A stretch of DNA of 64,000 nt from assembly GCF_004010195.1 (NCBI RefSeq), contig NC_057719.1, positions 58,153,823 through 58,217,822 on the forward strand. The letters are read 5' to 3'. Below are positions 1 to 10,875 of this stretch, one piece after another; the first letter of the stretch is position 1, and each line of letters opens with the position of its first letter. Source of the stretch: Chiloscyllium plagiosum. Taxonomy: Eukaryota. Position numbers and translations under genes: made by a program. The notes under the pieces were generated by a model. That model did not search any database and was not told the origin of the DNA. It worked only from the letters and a program-made list of their open reading frames with translations.

Positions 1-64
1 TTTGAAACAAAAAAGGAATCAAGTTCATTGTTTTGAAACTGACCTGGGTAAAAACATAAAGTTG

Positions 65-175
65 TTGTTGCCAATGTATTGTGGGTCTACCTACAGCGTA
101 TGGATCTCAATGGTTCATTGCCAACTTTTCAAGGGCAACCAGTGATGGCCTGACCCAGCCCAGCACATCAATTAA
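65..175 (+). mobile_element. Decayed 3' tail of CR1-group LINE (family B, as at 36925-38890)
   Basis: 'attgtgggtctacctacagc...ttttcaagggcaacc..gatgg' resembles the tail of the larger family-B copies. Confidence 0.35.
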
Positions 176-410
176 AGTCTCGAAACACAATGCATACACT
201 CAAAATCCATGCAGACAATTGCAGATTAAAAATAGTGGCAAGTAGGTTTGGATAAATATTAAAGGTTTCAGAAATTCACAGTTGATGGCTTTATCCTGGG
301 TTTCAAATGCTTTTTTGGTTCTTTGGTACAACATTGTTTTAGTCTGTACTCCTGTTCGGCAAAAGGTCCTTGAAGTATTTTGCACATTTATACATTCAGT
401 GAAACTATCC

Positions 411-743
411 ATGGTTAGCACTGCTGCCTCAGTGCCAGGGACCTGGGTTCAATTCTAGCCTTGGGTGACTGTCTGTGTGGAGTTTGCACATTCTCCCCGT
501 GTCTGCATGGATTTTCTCCTAGTGTTCCAGTTTCCTTCCACAGTCCAAAGATGTGCAGGTTAAGTGTATTGGCCATGCTAAATTGCTCATACTTCAGGGG
601 TGTGCAGGTCAGGTGCATTAGTCAGGGGAAATGTAGAATAATAGGGTAGGAGAATGGGTCTGGTTGGGATACTCTTTGGAGGTTCAGTGACTTGCTGTGC
701 AAGATGGGCTGTTTCCACACAGTAGGGATTCTATCTATTCTAT
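411..743 (+). mobile_element. HE1-type tRNA-derived SINE
   Basis: tRNA-like head (tggttagcactgctgcctca...ggttcaattc), body 'gtgtggagtttgcacattctcccc...ggccatgctaaattg', LINE-like tail 'ctgtttccacac..tagggattctat'; matches other copies in the window. Confidence 0.9.
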
Positions 744-1844
744 AGTCACTGCTTCAAAACAGGTAATTGCTTTTGAATATCACCTCAAAGATCTGGCAAG
801 TTTTAGAGTGGTGTATATAGATAGATGTGGTTTTTCACATTCCCTAAACATCTAACTTTCTGTTTTCATCCCATTTGGGGGAATGCAAATTCACAACATA
901 GCAAATGCTAAGCAATTTATTTTCTCCCCATGAAGAAAAACAGTAAATGTAGCATTGTGGATCTATCCATCTACAGCATATATGTTGCAACAGTTCAAGA
1001 GGCCAGCACATCTACAACTCTCAAGAGTAATTAGGAATAGGTAATAAATGTTGGAGTAATCAGAAACAACCACATCCAAATGACTGAATCTTAAAATCCT
1101 GACATTCTGTTTGCAAAGGTAGCTGGAATATCCTTTCCTTGCTGGAAACATTGCTGTTTAGGTTTGGTAGCCTGAAGTTTTGAAGCAAATTGGTTCACCA
1201 GAAACTTTGACAGATGTTGTGGAAATATAGGGATAATATAAAGCATCATTTGCAATTCAACAACTTGGCCCAATTATGACCATCTCTTCCATTCATTAGA
1301 CATGACCATAGTTGTTAAGCTGCTGACATTGTTGGTATCACTAATGTTCTTGATCCCAAATCCCAACACCATTGCTGAAGCTTCTTCTAAGTCATTCAAT
1401 TACTTCTTTTGTAACAAACACGTCTTTCACCCTCAACAATTCTAAAGTCTCCATAAAATCCAACTCCATTCAACTTATATTCCCATACCTGGGAAAACTT
1501 TTGTAATATTCCTTTTTTACAGGTTTTCACAAAATACAAAGAACATCAGATGATCTGGTATACAATTTTAATTAATCTCTAATCTTCAACTTTCTGATCA
1601 TAATCTATTTCATGGGTATTCCTAGCATCAGTAGCCCTTTGGAGTTTCTCTTCTGTCCCTTCTGGCCACATAATACATCTACTTACACATTTTCTTCTCC
1701 TTGCATCCTAATAATATTGACATTGTCAACTGCATTGTTTTCAAGAGTAATTTATCCTTTCACAAGTCAAAGAACAGTGAGGTCCTTGGGATGAATTTTA
1801 CCAAAAAATGGCTAATTGTCAATTTCAGGGAATTTCATGGAGGG

Positions 1845-2260
1845 ACAAGCTGAAAACAAAGCACCTCATTTTCAGCTTGGGAACTTTCTTCTGTACTCAA
1901 TATCAAGTTCAACAAACTTAGTTCTTAAGGCACCCTCTCCCATGTCCTTATCCCAACCCCCATACACTAGGCCTTGTTCACCTGCTCTACCATTACACAC
2001 AATCCATTGTTAGCCACTAACAGTCATCATTAGTAATTATTGATTCTCCTAGGCTGACTGGTAATCACTCCTTTGTCTGTCCAACTGTTCTTCTCTCTCT
2101 TTTAGCTTTTATCACCACATATCATCCTAAAAAACAACTTTTTCCTGGCTACCATCAGTTCTGAGAAAGGGTCACTGGACCAGATACATTAACTCTGACT
2201 TTTCTCTACAGATACTGTCAGACCTGCTGAACTTTTCCCAGAAAATTCTGTTTTTTTTTA
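1845..2260 (+). mobile_element. Decayed Penelope-like element 3' end (GIY-YIG tail remnant, 3' UTR, degenerate hammerhead near 2161)
   Basis: 'aaagcacctcattttcagcttgggaact...tcaatatcaagttcaac' resembles the PLE 'HLIFRLGTL..GLNIEFN' end; followed by 'ctgagaaagggtcactggaccagatacatt' and 'gacctgctga' tail. Confidence 0.55.
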
Positions 2261-2456
2261 AGTTTCATTCAAGGTTTCTCTCTGTGAGTTCTGTTGAATT
2301 GCCATGTGCAATCGTCCACAGCTCAACTCATTAAATCTGTGGTACCACTCTTGCATTATCTCATGCTCACCAGCAGCAGTACTCCATATTTCCAGGACCT
2401 CGCAGGACTTTCACCACTAGTGCCTTATTTAAAACCCAGATGGGCAGTAGATCAAC

Positions 2457-2583
2457 ATGATGAAAGGCTTTTTGCCCGAAATGTCGATTCTCCAGCTCCT
2501 TCAATGCTGTCTGACCTGCTGTGCTTTTCCAACACCACGCTCTCGACTCTAATCTCCAGCATCTGCAGCTCTTACTTTCGCCT
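2457..2583 (+). mobile_element. Short PLE tail insertion beginning at a degenerate hammerhead core, 11-bp TSD
   Basis: AGTAGATCAAC at 2446-2456 and 2584-2594; insert starts 'atgatga aaggctttttgccc gaaa tgtc' and matches the tails at 10098-10190 and 16238-16367. Confidence 0.8.
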
Positions 2584-3214
2584 AGTAGATCAACCATAGC
2601 AAGCTACAAATAGCCCTTCACAGCATAGATGGCATGGATGACAGTTCATTACAAATAAAAGCACATATTTGTACATACAGCAAACTTTGTTTTAACTGGC
2701 ACCTTCTCAACCAGCATTCTTAATAATTGGCAAAAATATATACCTAAAATTCCAGGATGACCGAATATTTATGCTGTAAATGAAGTAATGTATATACACC
2801 CTACATTATGTTTAAATTCTTACTGTGTTTTTACATGGATTTTAGATGTGTTGATGCTTTGGCATGGATGTTTTGTGGAATGTTGTTGTCTCAAAGTTTC
2901 TTTTGGTCAGGATTTACTGTGGATGTGTATATCTCTTCATTATCCAAAATATTTGAACAACTGGCACACTCCTGGTCCCATCGATGCTGGTTAATAAATA
3001 GTTCACTGTATATACATATATTGCTATTTTATATCATGACTTATCTGATTAACTGTCAAAGCAACTGAAGTTACAAAATTCAAGCGACCGAGGTTGCCCT
3101 TCCATACTGCCATACCATGTCTGAACCCTGTGTCAAGAAGTACTAATCTTTCCCTATTGCACACCATAACATAACATCTCATCATTGTTCAGAACTGACT
3201 GTGGCCTGCCTTTT

Positions 3215-4270
3215 GATCTTTTTATTTATTTAGTTACGGGATGCAGATTTCACCCCAATATGATGGACCAGCATTGATTGCTCATTCCTTGTTGCCCTTG
3301 AGAAGGTGAATGAGTTAGCCTTCTTGAGTTGTTGCAGTCTAACTGCTCGAGGTTGATTCACAATTAGGAAGGAATTTTGATCTATCGACAGTGAAGGAAC
3401 TGTGAAATATTTCCAAGCCAGGATGGTGAATGGATTGAAGGTATATGTGCAGGTGATGGTTTTCCCACGTATTTGTTGCCCTCATCCTTCTGGATGGTAG
3501 TGGTCATGAGTGTGGAAGGTTGTACCTAAGCAGCGTTTGTTATTCTCTTGAAAACAGCACACACTGCTCCTAAGCACTGGTGTCAGAGGGACTGAGTGTT
3601 TGTGGATATGGTAGCAATTGAACAGACTGCTTTATCCTAAATGGTGTTAAGCTTCCTAGAATCACAATCATCCAGGCAAGTGCAAAGTATTCACTCAGAC
3701 TCCTTCCCTGTGCCTTGTAAACAGTGGATAGGCTATTCCTAGCCTATGATCTGCTCTTGTAGCTACAATACCTATGTGACTAATCCAATTCAGCTTCTGG
3801 TCAAGGAAATGCCCACAATGGTTGGTGTGGGGGGGGGGGGGGGAGAGAGGAGAGAATTGGTGATGGCTATGCCATTAAATGCCAAGTGGTAATCGTTGGA
3901 TTTTTTCTACTTGTAGATGGCCATTACTCAGCACTTGGACTGCTTCTGTGACTGAGTTGTCACAAATATGCTGAACATCAGGTCACTGATGAAGCAGCTG
4001 AAGGTGATTGGGCCTAAGATACTAGTTTGAAGAACTTCTGCAGAGATATCCCAGACCCGAGATGACTGATCTTCAACAACCACAAACATCTTCCTTTTTG
4101 CGGAGTACAAATCCAGCCAGCAGACAGTTACCTCTGATTCCCACTGAATCCAATTTTGCTTGAGCTCCTCAATGCCACAATCAGTCAAATACAGCCTTGA
4201 TGTCATGAATAGTCACTCTCATCTCACCTCCAGAATTCAGCTCTTTTGCTCATACCTATCGGGGCTGTGA
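3215..4270 (-). mobile_element. CR1-group LINE family B, decayed RT and 3' end
   Basis: ORF 3928-4206 'RKMFVVVEDQSSRVWDISAEVLQTSILGPITFSCFISDL' is an RT motif, homologous to 36925-38890. Confidence 0.8.
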
Positions 4271-4493
4271 AAATTTAGCTAATTTCCTTTGGTCTTTCCC
4301 ATCCTGTGCTGTTATGACTTTTCAAGTCAAATCCTAGAATTACATTAATACTACCACATGATTCACCATGTCTATTTTTTGCTCATTCTCCTGCGTGTTG
4401 AGCAGTTATGTAAAAATCTCACGAGGAACTTGAACGCTAGATGTATAAATGTAGCAACAAATTTCAGTGACGTTGGCAATATAGGTGACATAC

Positions 4494-4587
4494 CACCAGA
4501 TTTATAATTCACATCATAATACACCAATGTTTCTTTTTGGTATGTTTCAGCATTTCTAGCATTTGTCCAAGCTGCCATAGGTGTACT
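4494..4587 (-). CDS. Candidate internal exon of an unidentified host gene (94 bp; STPMAAWTNARNAETYQKETLVYYDVNYKSG)
   Basis: Branch-like ctaat, acceptor ttttctttgtttcag, donor GTG|gtatgt; only one frame is open; non-repetitive context; no homology recognised. Confidence 0.35.
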
Positions 4588-4714
4588 CTGAAACAAAGAA
4601 AAATTATTAGACTTATCTTGAGTAATAAATACTAATTGCAGTACTCTACATCTTGCAGCATTAACAAAGTTCCTTTGCAACAACAAAGTAATTGATCCTT
4701 AGATAATACCATTG

Positions 4715-4980
4715 ACAGCAGAACATCCCAAGGTGCTTCGGTGAGGTGTTACCAACAAAATGACACCAAGTTATGTCAGAAGATAGCAGACATCAGATAA
4801 TGAAAGGTCAACAAAATAGGTTTAAATATGTATCGTAAAGGGGGCAAGAGAAGTAGAAAGATAAAGAGATTTACTAAGACCAAAATGGAAACTATTAACA
4901 TCAGAAATTCTCAACAGACAAGAATTGGAAGCATGGATGCATCAGAATATTATTAGGTTAGAGGAGATTACAAAGACAAA
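4715..4980 (-). mobile_element. Decayed L2-type LINE 3' end
   Basis: 'aacatcccaaggtgcttc...aaatgacaccaag...taggtttaa' resembles the reverse complement of L2-type tails (recalled similarity). Confidence 0.4.
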
Positions 4981-5546
4981 GTAGTAAAAGATCGCAGTGG
5001 GATTTCTTGATCAAGTGACAAAATGCTTGAAAAAGGTTCTTTTTTTTGCTGAATATGCCAATTCTGCTAATTGTATTGATAAAAACATTTGTGTGGTCCT
5101 TGAATCCAAAAAAAACTTCACAACAGGTTAACAGAAATAGATAAAAATTAGCTTATTAAGGTAGGTTAGCGAAGGGAAGCAGATGTACATTATTGAATAA
5201 AATACTGTCAAAATTACACGCAGATGAAAACCTTTGAGTGGCAATGAACACTGTTTAGAAAAGGAATTGTGAGTGTATAAACATCCTTTGGCAACAGATT
5301 TTATAATAAAGAAAGATTTAAGGCATTGCATGCCATCTGTGTAATGGCCAGCTCTTATATTATTTATGTTGGCTTTAAACTTTAAAGCACATTTAATGTA
5401 ATCATATAGCAACCAATTAAACTTCAGATAAATATCATTATACATAGAATTCACCAAAAATCTCAAAATAACAAAGGATTATAGATAGGGATAATGCAGC
5501 CTGCAACATTTCAACACATTTTCTAATCACTTACAGAATCCTTACA

Positions 5547-5751
5547 AAGTTAAAAATCACACAACACCAGGTTATAGTCCAACAGGTTTAATTGGAAACA
5601 CACTAGCTTTCGGAGCGACACTCCTTCATCAGGTGAGAGAACGTCGCTCCGAAAGCTAGCGTGCTTCCAATTAAACCTGTTGGACTATAACCTGGTGTTG
5701 TGTGATTTTTAACTTTGTACACCCCAGTCCAACACCAGCATCTCCAAATCA
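5547..5751. mobile_element. ~205-bp fold-back PLE-derived element with hammerhead, 12-bp TSD
   Basis: Inverted arms ~5543-5619 and ~5643-5719 plus a ~32-nt tail; AGAATCCTTACA at 5535-5546 and 5752-5763. Confidence 0.85.
5601..5635 (-). ncRNA. Minimal hammerhead ribozyme motif (intact core)
   Basis: Minus strand: cac-CTGATGA-a-GGAG tgtcg CTCC-GAAA-GC-TA-gtg; 3-bp stem I cac/gtg, 4-bp stem II, palindromic AGCT at stem III. Confidence 0.7.
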
Positions 5752-5763
5752 AGAATCCTTACA

Positions 5764-5960
5764 GTGTGGGAGCAGGAAATTTGGCCTATCAAATCCACAC
5801 CAACCCTCCAAAGAGCATTCCACCCCAAAAGTATCCCTGTAACCCTGCATTCCCCATGGCTAATCCACCTAATCTACACAGATAGCCGCCTGAGGTTGGA
5901 ATCGAATCCAGATCCCTGGCACTGTGAGGAAGCAGTGCTAATCACTAAGCCACCATGTCT
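5764..5960 (-). mobile_element. HE1 SINE, internally deleted; its tail is interrupted by the fold-back element
   Basis: Reverse complement has head 'atggtggcttagtgattagcactgcttcctcacagtgccagggatctggattcgattcc' and the HE1 tail. Confidence 0.75.
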
Positions 5961-6194
5961 CTCTAATGCAACAATAGAAGTGAGAGGTTATTTAAGAATG
6001 ATTAAAATGATAATTTTATCTCCATGTTGCAGTGACTAAGTACATTAACTTTGTTTGTTCATGTAATCTTGTGTACAATTTACATATATGAACAGTTAAA
6101 ATGATATATTAGGCTAAGTGAATGGGTAAAACTTGGGCAGATAGAATATAATGTGAGAAAACATGAGGTTATCCACACTGTCAAGAAGAAATTC

Positions 6195-6410
6195 TCAAAA
6201 CTGTTGAGCAGCACCAGAGGTTAATTGTCTTACGAGAATATGTGACAGTAAGAGTGATGTTAAGAGACTGTCAATCATATTTTGAATAAATTTCAAAGAA
6301 TAAATTAACATAATATCTGAAGATCAAAACCAATGCAAAGTTATTGTGAGAAAATCATTCCTGAATGAAATTTATTCTGAGTTTAAAAAATGGTATATCT
6401 TAACTGACTA
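6195..6410 (+). repeat. Diverged direct repeat, copy 1 of 2 (copy 2 at ~7460-7670)
   Basis: Shared blocks: gagaat(a/g)tgtgaca, agtgatgtt, aaattaaca, atatctgaa(g/c)atcaaaa, aaaatcattcctgaatg, gtatatctt. Confidence 0.75.
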
Positions 6411-6463
6411 TGTCGATAACCTCTTTCAGCAGAAAATATAAACATCCTAGGATTTCTTCTTTG

Positions 6464-6797
6464 GGGGTAACACAATGGCTTAGTGGTTAGCACTGCTGTC
6501 TCACAGCACAGCGACTGGGTTCGATTCCTCCCTTGGGCGGCTATATGAAATTTGCCCATCCTCTGTGTGTCTCTGTGGGTTTTGTCTTGGTGCTCTGGTT
6601 TCCTCCCACTCCAAAGATATGCAGGTTATGTGGATTGGCCATGCTAAATTTCCCATAGTGTCCAGGGTTGTGCAGGCTAGTTGGATTAGCCATGGGAAAT
6701 TCAGGGTTACAGGAACGGGGTGGGTCTGGATGGGACTCTCTTCAGAGATAGTGCATACTTGATGGGCTGAATGGCCTGATTCTACCCTGGAGAGTCA
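6464..6797 (+). mobile_element. HE1 SINE
   Basis: A-box-like tggcttagtggttag, B-box ggttcgattcc, HE1 body and tail. Confidence 0.9.
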
Positions 6798-6799
6798 TA

Positions 6800-7190
6800 G
6801 AACCTCTTCCTTAAGAAAGGGCATGGTTACATTGAAAGGAACTCAGAGGAGATTCACTAGGCTGATTCCGAGGAGGAAGAGATTATTTTATGAGGAAAGA
6901 TTGAGTAGGCTGGATTTGTACTTTTTGGAATTTAGAAAAACGAGGGGTGGCCTTATGTAATCAAAGATGTTTTTGACAGAACTGTTGAAGAGCTGTTTCT
7001 TCTCATGGGGGAAAATCAAGAAGGAGGGGCAGAAAAATAATTCAAAATAAGGTTCTACCTTTTAACACAGTCATGTGGAGGAATTTCTTCTCTCACAGGG
7101 CCATTTGGAATTTTCTCATCCAGTAGGCAACAGAGGCTTGGTCATTTGAACGTATACAAGATGCAGTTCAACACATTGTTGATTAAGGGA
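6800..7190 (+). mobile_element. Decayed CR1 LINE ORF2 3' fragment
   Basis: 'cagaggagattcactaggctgattcc...ttatgaggaaagattgagtaggctgg...aggaatttcttctctcacaggg' is the CR1 ORF2 C-terminal region. Confidence 0.75.
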
Positions 7191-7459
7191 CTTTTAACCT
7201 TTGTGTCATATTTTCTATTCCACCCATCCTCTTCCAGCAGAAAATATAAACATTCCATCTCTAGTGCTGCTCTATGTCAACACAAAATAGGCCACATTTA
7301 CGGAGCAGTATGGATGATTTTTGCCATATTTTCATTTCCTTTAATGAATTATCCACCATGATAAAACAAATTTTATTCTTTGCAGATATTCAAGCTTGAT
7401 TATTACTGAAAGTTAGGAAATGAACCCCAGATGCCGACATAACTGATGTACCTTTCTTT

Positions 7460-7670
7460 CCCAAAACTTTCTCAGGAGCTCTGGAGAGTAATGATTTTAT
7501 GAGAATGTGTGACAATAATAGTGATGTTGAAAGATTGAAATTCATTCAAAATATGATTGACAAAAAATTAACAATATCTGAACATCAAAATCTATGTAAA
7601 TTGATTGAAAAAAATCATTCCTGAATGTAATTTTGTTCTGTTTTGAAAAACCGTATATCTTGATCACAAC
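7460..7670 (+). repeat. Diverged direct repeat, copy 2 of 2
   Basis: See 6195-6410. Confidence 0.75.
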
Positions 7671-8127
7671 TAAAACGTGCTTATCCTTATAACAGTGTTA
7701 TGAAAAAATAATCCACACATTTCCAATACCTCAATGCAATGTATTCTGGGAGGATGATATCATCTTGCTGGCTAGTTTTCTATCACTACATCATAAAATT
7801 CTATACCGTAGTTCTACAATAAATCTTTCCACAGAACTTTGGCGCAGAGAAAAATAACAAATATCCAGTTTATTTATGAGCCAAAATTCTCTGGAAAATT
7901 TTACAACATAGCTCCACAGTGCAAGCTGGCCTCAATTATATCATCTTCCCCCAAAAAAATTGCATGAAGGAGAAGCAATAGCATCTCCTGCTGAAATATT
8001 ACAAGTTGCATTGCTTTTGAAAGTGCAACAGTATACACTTCAAATGACATGGAAGGAAATTTGTTCAAGAAGTAAATCACTTCAATTTAAAACAATGACT
8101 AACTTCTAAAATGCTTTTGCAACTTAC

Positions 8128-8202
8128 CAATATATGGAGTTGCTTAGATGATCAAACATTGAACAAACTAGTTTTCTTGTGTTCACTTTCATGGAAGACC
8201 AG
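8128..8202 (-). CDS. Weak candidate exon (75 bp; WSSMKVNTRKLVCSMFDHLSNSIY)
   Basis: Donor TTG|gtaagt, weak acceptor gatttcag, one open frame. Confidence 0.12.
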
Positions 8203-8298
8203 CTGAAATCTTAAATTTAACATACTTGGAAATCTATTCATGAAACCTTCCAGTAACGTGACTTAGTACAACAGTCCGAGTGTACTTCCACAGAAATG

Positions 8299-8507
8299 GT
8301 TAAAAATCACATAACGCCAGGTTATAGTCCAACAGGTTTGTTTTGAAGCACTAGCTTTTGAAGCACTGCTTCTTCATCAGGTGACCACCTGAAGAAGAAG
8401 CAGTGCTTCAAAAGCTAGTGCTTCCAAATAAATCTGTTGGACTATAACCTGATGTTGTGTGATTTTTAACTTCATCCACCCCAGTCCAACACTGGCTCTT
8501 CCAATCC
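8299..8507. mobile_element. Fold-back PLE-derived element with a hammerhead-like core on each arm
   Basis: 85-bp inverted arms 8299-8383 and 8386-8470 (7 mismatches by hand count), 2-nt loop, tail to ~8507; same family as 5547-5751. Confidence 0.85.
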
Positions 8508-8649
8508 ATGGAAACTGTAACCATCGAATTTGATCACTGCATAATCATTTAAGTATATAAAGTTATGCATTCCTTCTATAAAAAATGGTGGAAGATGATA
8601 TTGAAGTTATTGCAAATCATTTTGCTGGCTAGTTTTCTATCTGCTCAGA

Positions 8650-9125
8650 GAAAGTAAGTAGTGCAGATGCTGGAGTTAACAGAGTGTGGCGCTGGAAAAG
8701 TGCAGTAGGTCAGGCAGCATCAGAGAAGCAGGAAAATTGATGTTTCAGGCATCAGCCCTTCAACAGGGATGAGGCTGGGAGTCTGGGGGGTGGAGAGATA
8801 AATGGGAGGGAGGTGGGGCTGGATGGAAAGGTAGTTGAGAGTGCAATAGATGGATGGAGGTGGGGGTAAAGGTGATAGGTCAGAGGGAAGGGTGGAGCAG
8901 ATAGGTGGGAAGGAAGATGGACAGATGGCAGGTCATGAAGACGGTGCTGAGTTGGAACTTAGGAACTGGGGTAAGGTGGGGGGAGGGGAAATGAGGAAAC
9001 TGGTGAAATCCATATTGATGCCATGATGTTGGAGGGTCCTGAGGCAGAAGATGAGGCGTTCTTCCTCCAGGTGTCAGGTGGTAAGGGAGTTGCAATGGGG
9101 GAGGCCCAGGACCTGCATGTCCCAA
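8650..9125 (-). mobile_element. Penelope-like element 3' part (GIY-YIG C-terminus, 3' UTR, decayed hammerhead)
   Basis: Minus strand reads approximately DMQVLGLPHCNSLTT*HLEEERLIFCLRTLQHHGINMDFTSF, then a C-rich UTR and the 'gacctactgcacttttccagc' tail. Confidence 0.85.
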
Positions 9126-9129
9126 TGTA

Positions 9130-9668
9130 GAGGAGTTTGCTCGCTGAGCTGGAAGGTTCATTTTCAGATGTTTTGTCACCATACTAGGTAACATCATCAG
9201 TGAGCCTCCAGTGAAGCATTGGTGTTAGTGACCCATTTTTTATTTATCTGTTTAGGTTTCCTTGTGTTTCCTTACACACAGATGAGGAAGGACACCACTT
9301 TGACTGGGACAACACATCCATCCTAGGCCAAGTCAAACAGAAACATGTACGAAATTCCTAGAAGCATGGCATTCCAACCGGAACTCAAACACATCGACTT
9401 GGACCCCATTTACCACCCCTCTGAGAAAAAGAACGGTAATGACATAACCACAGGAACTGACATTACTGCAGGAAATGACATCACCAATCCAAGGAAACCC
9501 AAAACACATAAATAGAAAGCAGGTCACGAACACCAGTGCTTCACTGGATGCTCACTGATGACGTGACCTAGTCTGGTGATGAAATGTCTGAATATGAACC
9601 TTCCAGCTCAGCAAGCAAACTTGCATTCAGAACTTCAACATCTGCTACATATCTTCTCAAAACTTGCT
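9130..9668 (+). mobile_element. Penelope-like element (Poseidon-like) with inverted terminal copy
   Basis: + strand HTDEEGHHFDWDNTSILGQVKQKH..FLEAWHSN..HIDLDPIYHPL (GIY-YIG end); 9130-9265 is an inverted copy of ~9490-9625; hammerhead-like core at 9555-9588. Confidence 0.85.
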
Positions 9669-10097
9669 AGAATAAATGGGTGTAGTGTGTTACTTGCAGG
9701 TTGGAGTCAGCAAAACTGCAGAATAATGCAGCATATATAGACAGTATTTGACCCTTTTGCATGCACCAACAGTTCCTAATGGATATCCAATCTTCCCATT
9801 GCCGAGTATATGTTTCCTTTACAAGTATTTGTTCAATTTCATATTAAAAGTTAGTATTTTAATCTGCTTCCACCATTCTTTGAGGCCATCAGTTCCCGAA
9901 CATTAGAACTCACTTCATTATTTATTTTTCTCATGCCATATCAATCCAAAGATGCTATTTGGTTTTTCGTAAACACCCTTAATTTGGCAATCTCCTTTGA
10001 AGACTTGTACACAAACATCCTCAGGTTTCTCTGCCCTGTATCTCGTTTAAAATTGTAGTCTGTATTACGTTTCTTTAACATTCCTACAAAAGTGAAC

Positions 10098-10423
10098 TGA
10101 AAATGTGTTGCTGGAAAAGCGCAGCAGGTCAGGCAGCATCCAGGGAACAGGAGAATCGACGTTTCGGGCATAAGCCCTTCTTCAGGAATGAGGAAAGTTT
10201 GTCCAGCAGGCTAAGATAAAAGGTAGGGAGGAGGGACTTGGGGGAGGGGCGTCGGAAATGCGATAGGTGGAAAGAGGTCAAGGTGAGGGTGATAGGTCAG
10301 ACTGGGGTGGGGGCGGAGAGGTCAGGAAGAAGATTGCAGGTTAGGAAGGCGGTGCTGAGTTCGATGGATTTGACTGAGACAAGGTGGGGGGAGGGGAAAT
10401 GAGGAAACTGGTGAAATCCGAGT
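10098..10423 (-). mobile_element. PLE 3' end insertion with intact hammerhead, 13-bp TSD
   Basis: TACAAA(A/T)GTGAAC at 10085-10097 and 10424-10436; homologous to 8650-9010. Confidence 0.85.
10158..10185 (-). ncRNA. Minimal hammerhead ribozyme motif (intact core)
   Basis: Minus strand: CTGAAGA-a-GGGC ttat GCCC-GAAA-CG-TC; GUC cleavage triplet, palindromic ACGT. Confidence 0.7.
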
Positions 10424-10875
10424 TACAAATGTGAACAACTTGTTAATTTTCATTGCGATGTGAATATCCATTTCATCACATTATGTCTCTCTGAAGTCTG
10501 TTACCATCCACCTCATTGTTCATTATATTGGCAAGTTTCACATCATTAGCAAACTTTAAAATGATACCTGATTACCTATGTCATTAATCTATCTGAAAAA
10601 GGATAGTCATCCTGACTCAAAACCTTGTGGTAACATCAATGCAGCATGAGTCTCAGTTCCACTTTTGAACTGATTATATCATCTAGCTTTGGACGAAATG
10701 CCTCACACGTCCATCTGCATTTATTGTCATCTTATGAGTTCACCTTACCTTAATTAAACAGTGTTATGGTTACTCCAAAGAAATTTTTCACTTTCATCAC
10801 TTTATATGATGTTTTCAAGGAGCAACAGTGGGGGAATTTTGCATACAGCTAACCATCCTATAATGGCTCTGAATT

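Larger units (their letters stand above)
9720..10720 (-). mobile_element. Old, decayed CR1 LINE 3' portion, interrupted by PLE 10098-10423
   Basis: 'atctgcttccaccattcttt', 'acacaaacatcctcaggtttctctg', 'catcattagcaaacttt' resemble the reverse complement of CR1 ORF2. Confidence 0.5.

Noticed and set aside
411..480. tRNA genes here and at 6464, 16692, 43545 and 57295
   Set aside because: These are SINE heads with A/B boxes; the HE1 copies continue into SINE body and tail, and no complete cloverleaf was seen.
5547..8507. Hairpin elements as classical DNA-transposon MITEs, CRISPR repeats or miRNA genes
   Set aside because: The asymmetric tail, TSDs of unrelated sequence and hammerhead core point to a Penelope origin; there is no repeat-spacer array.
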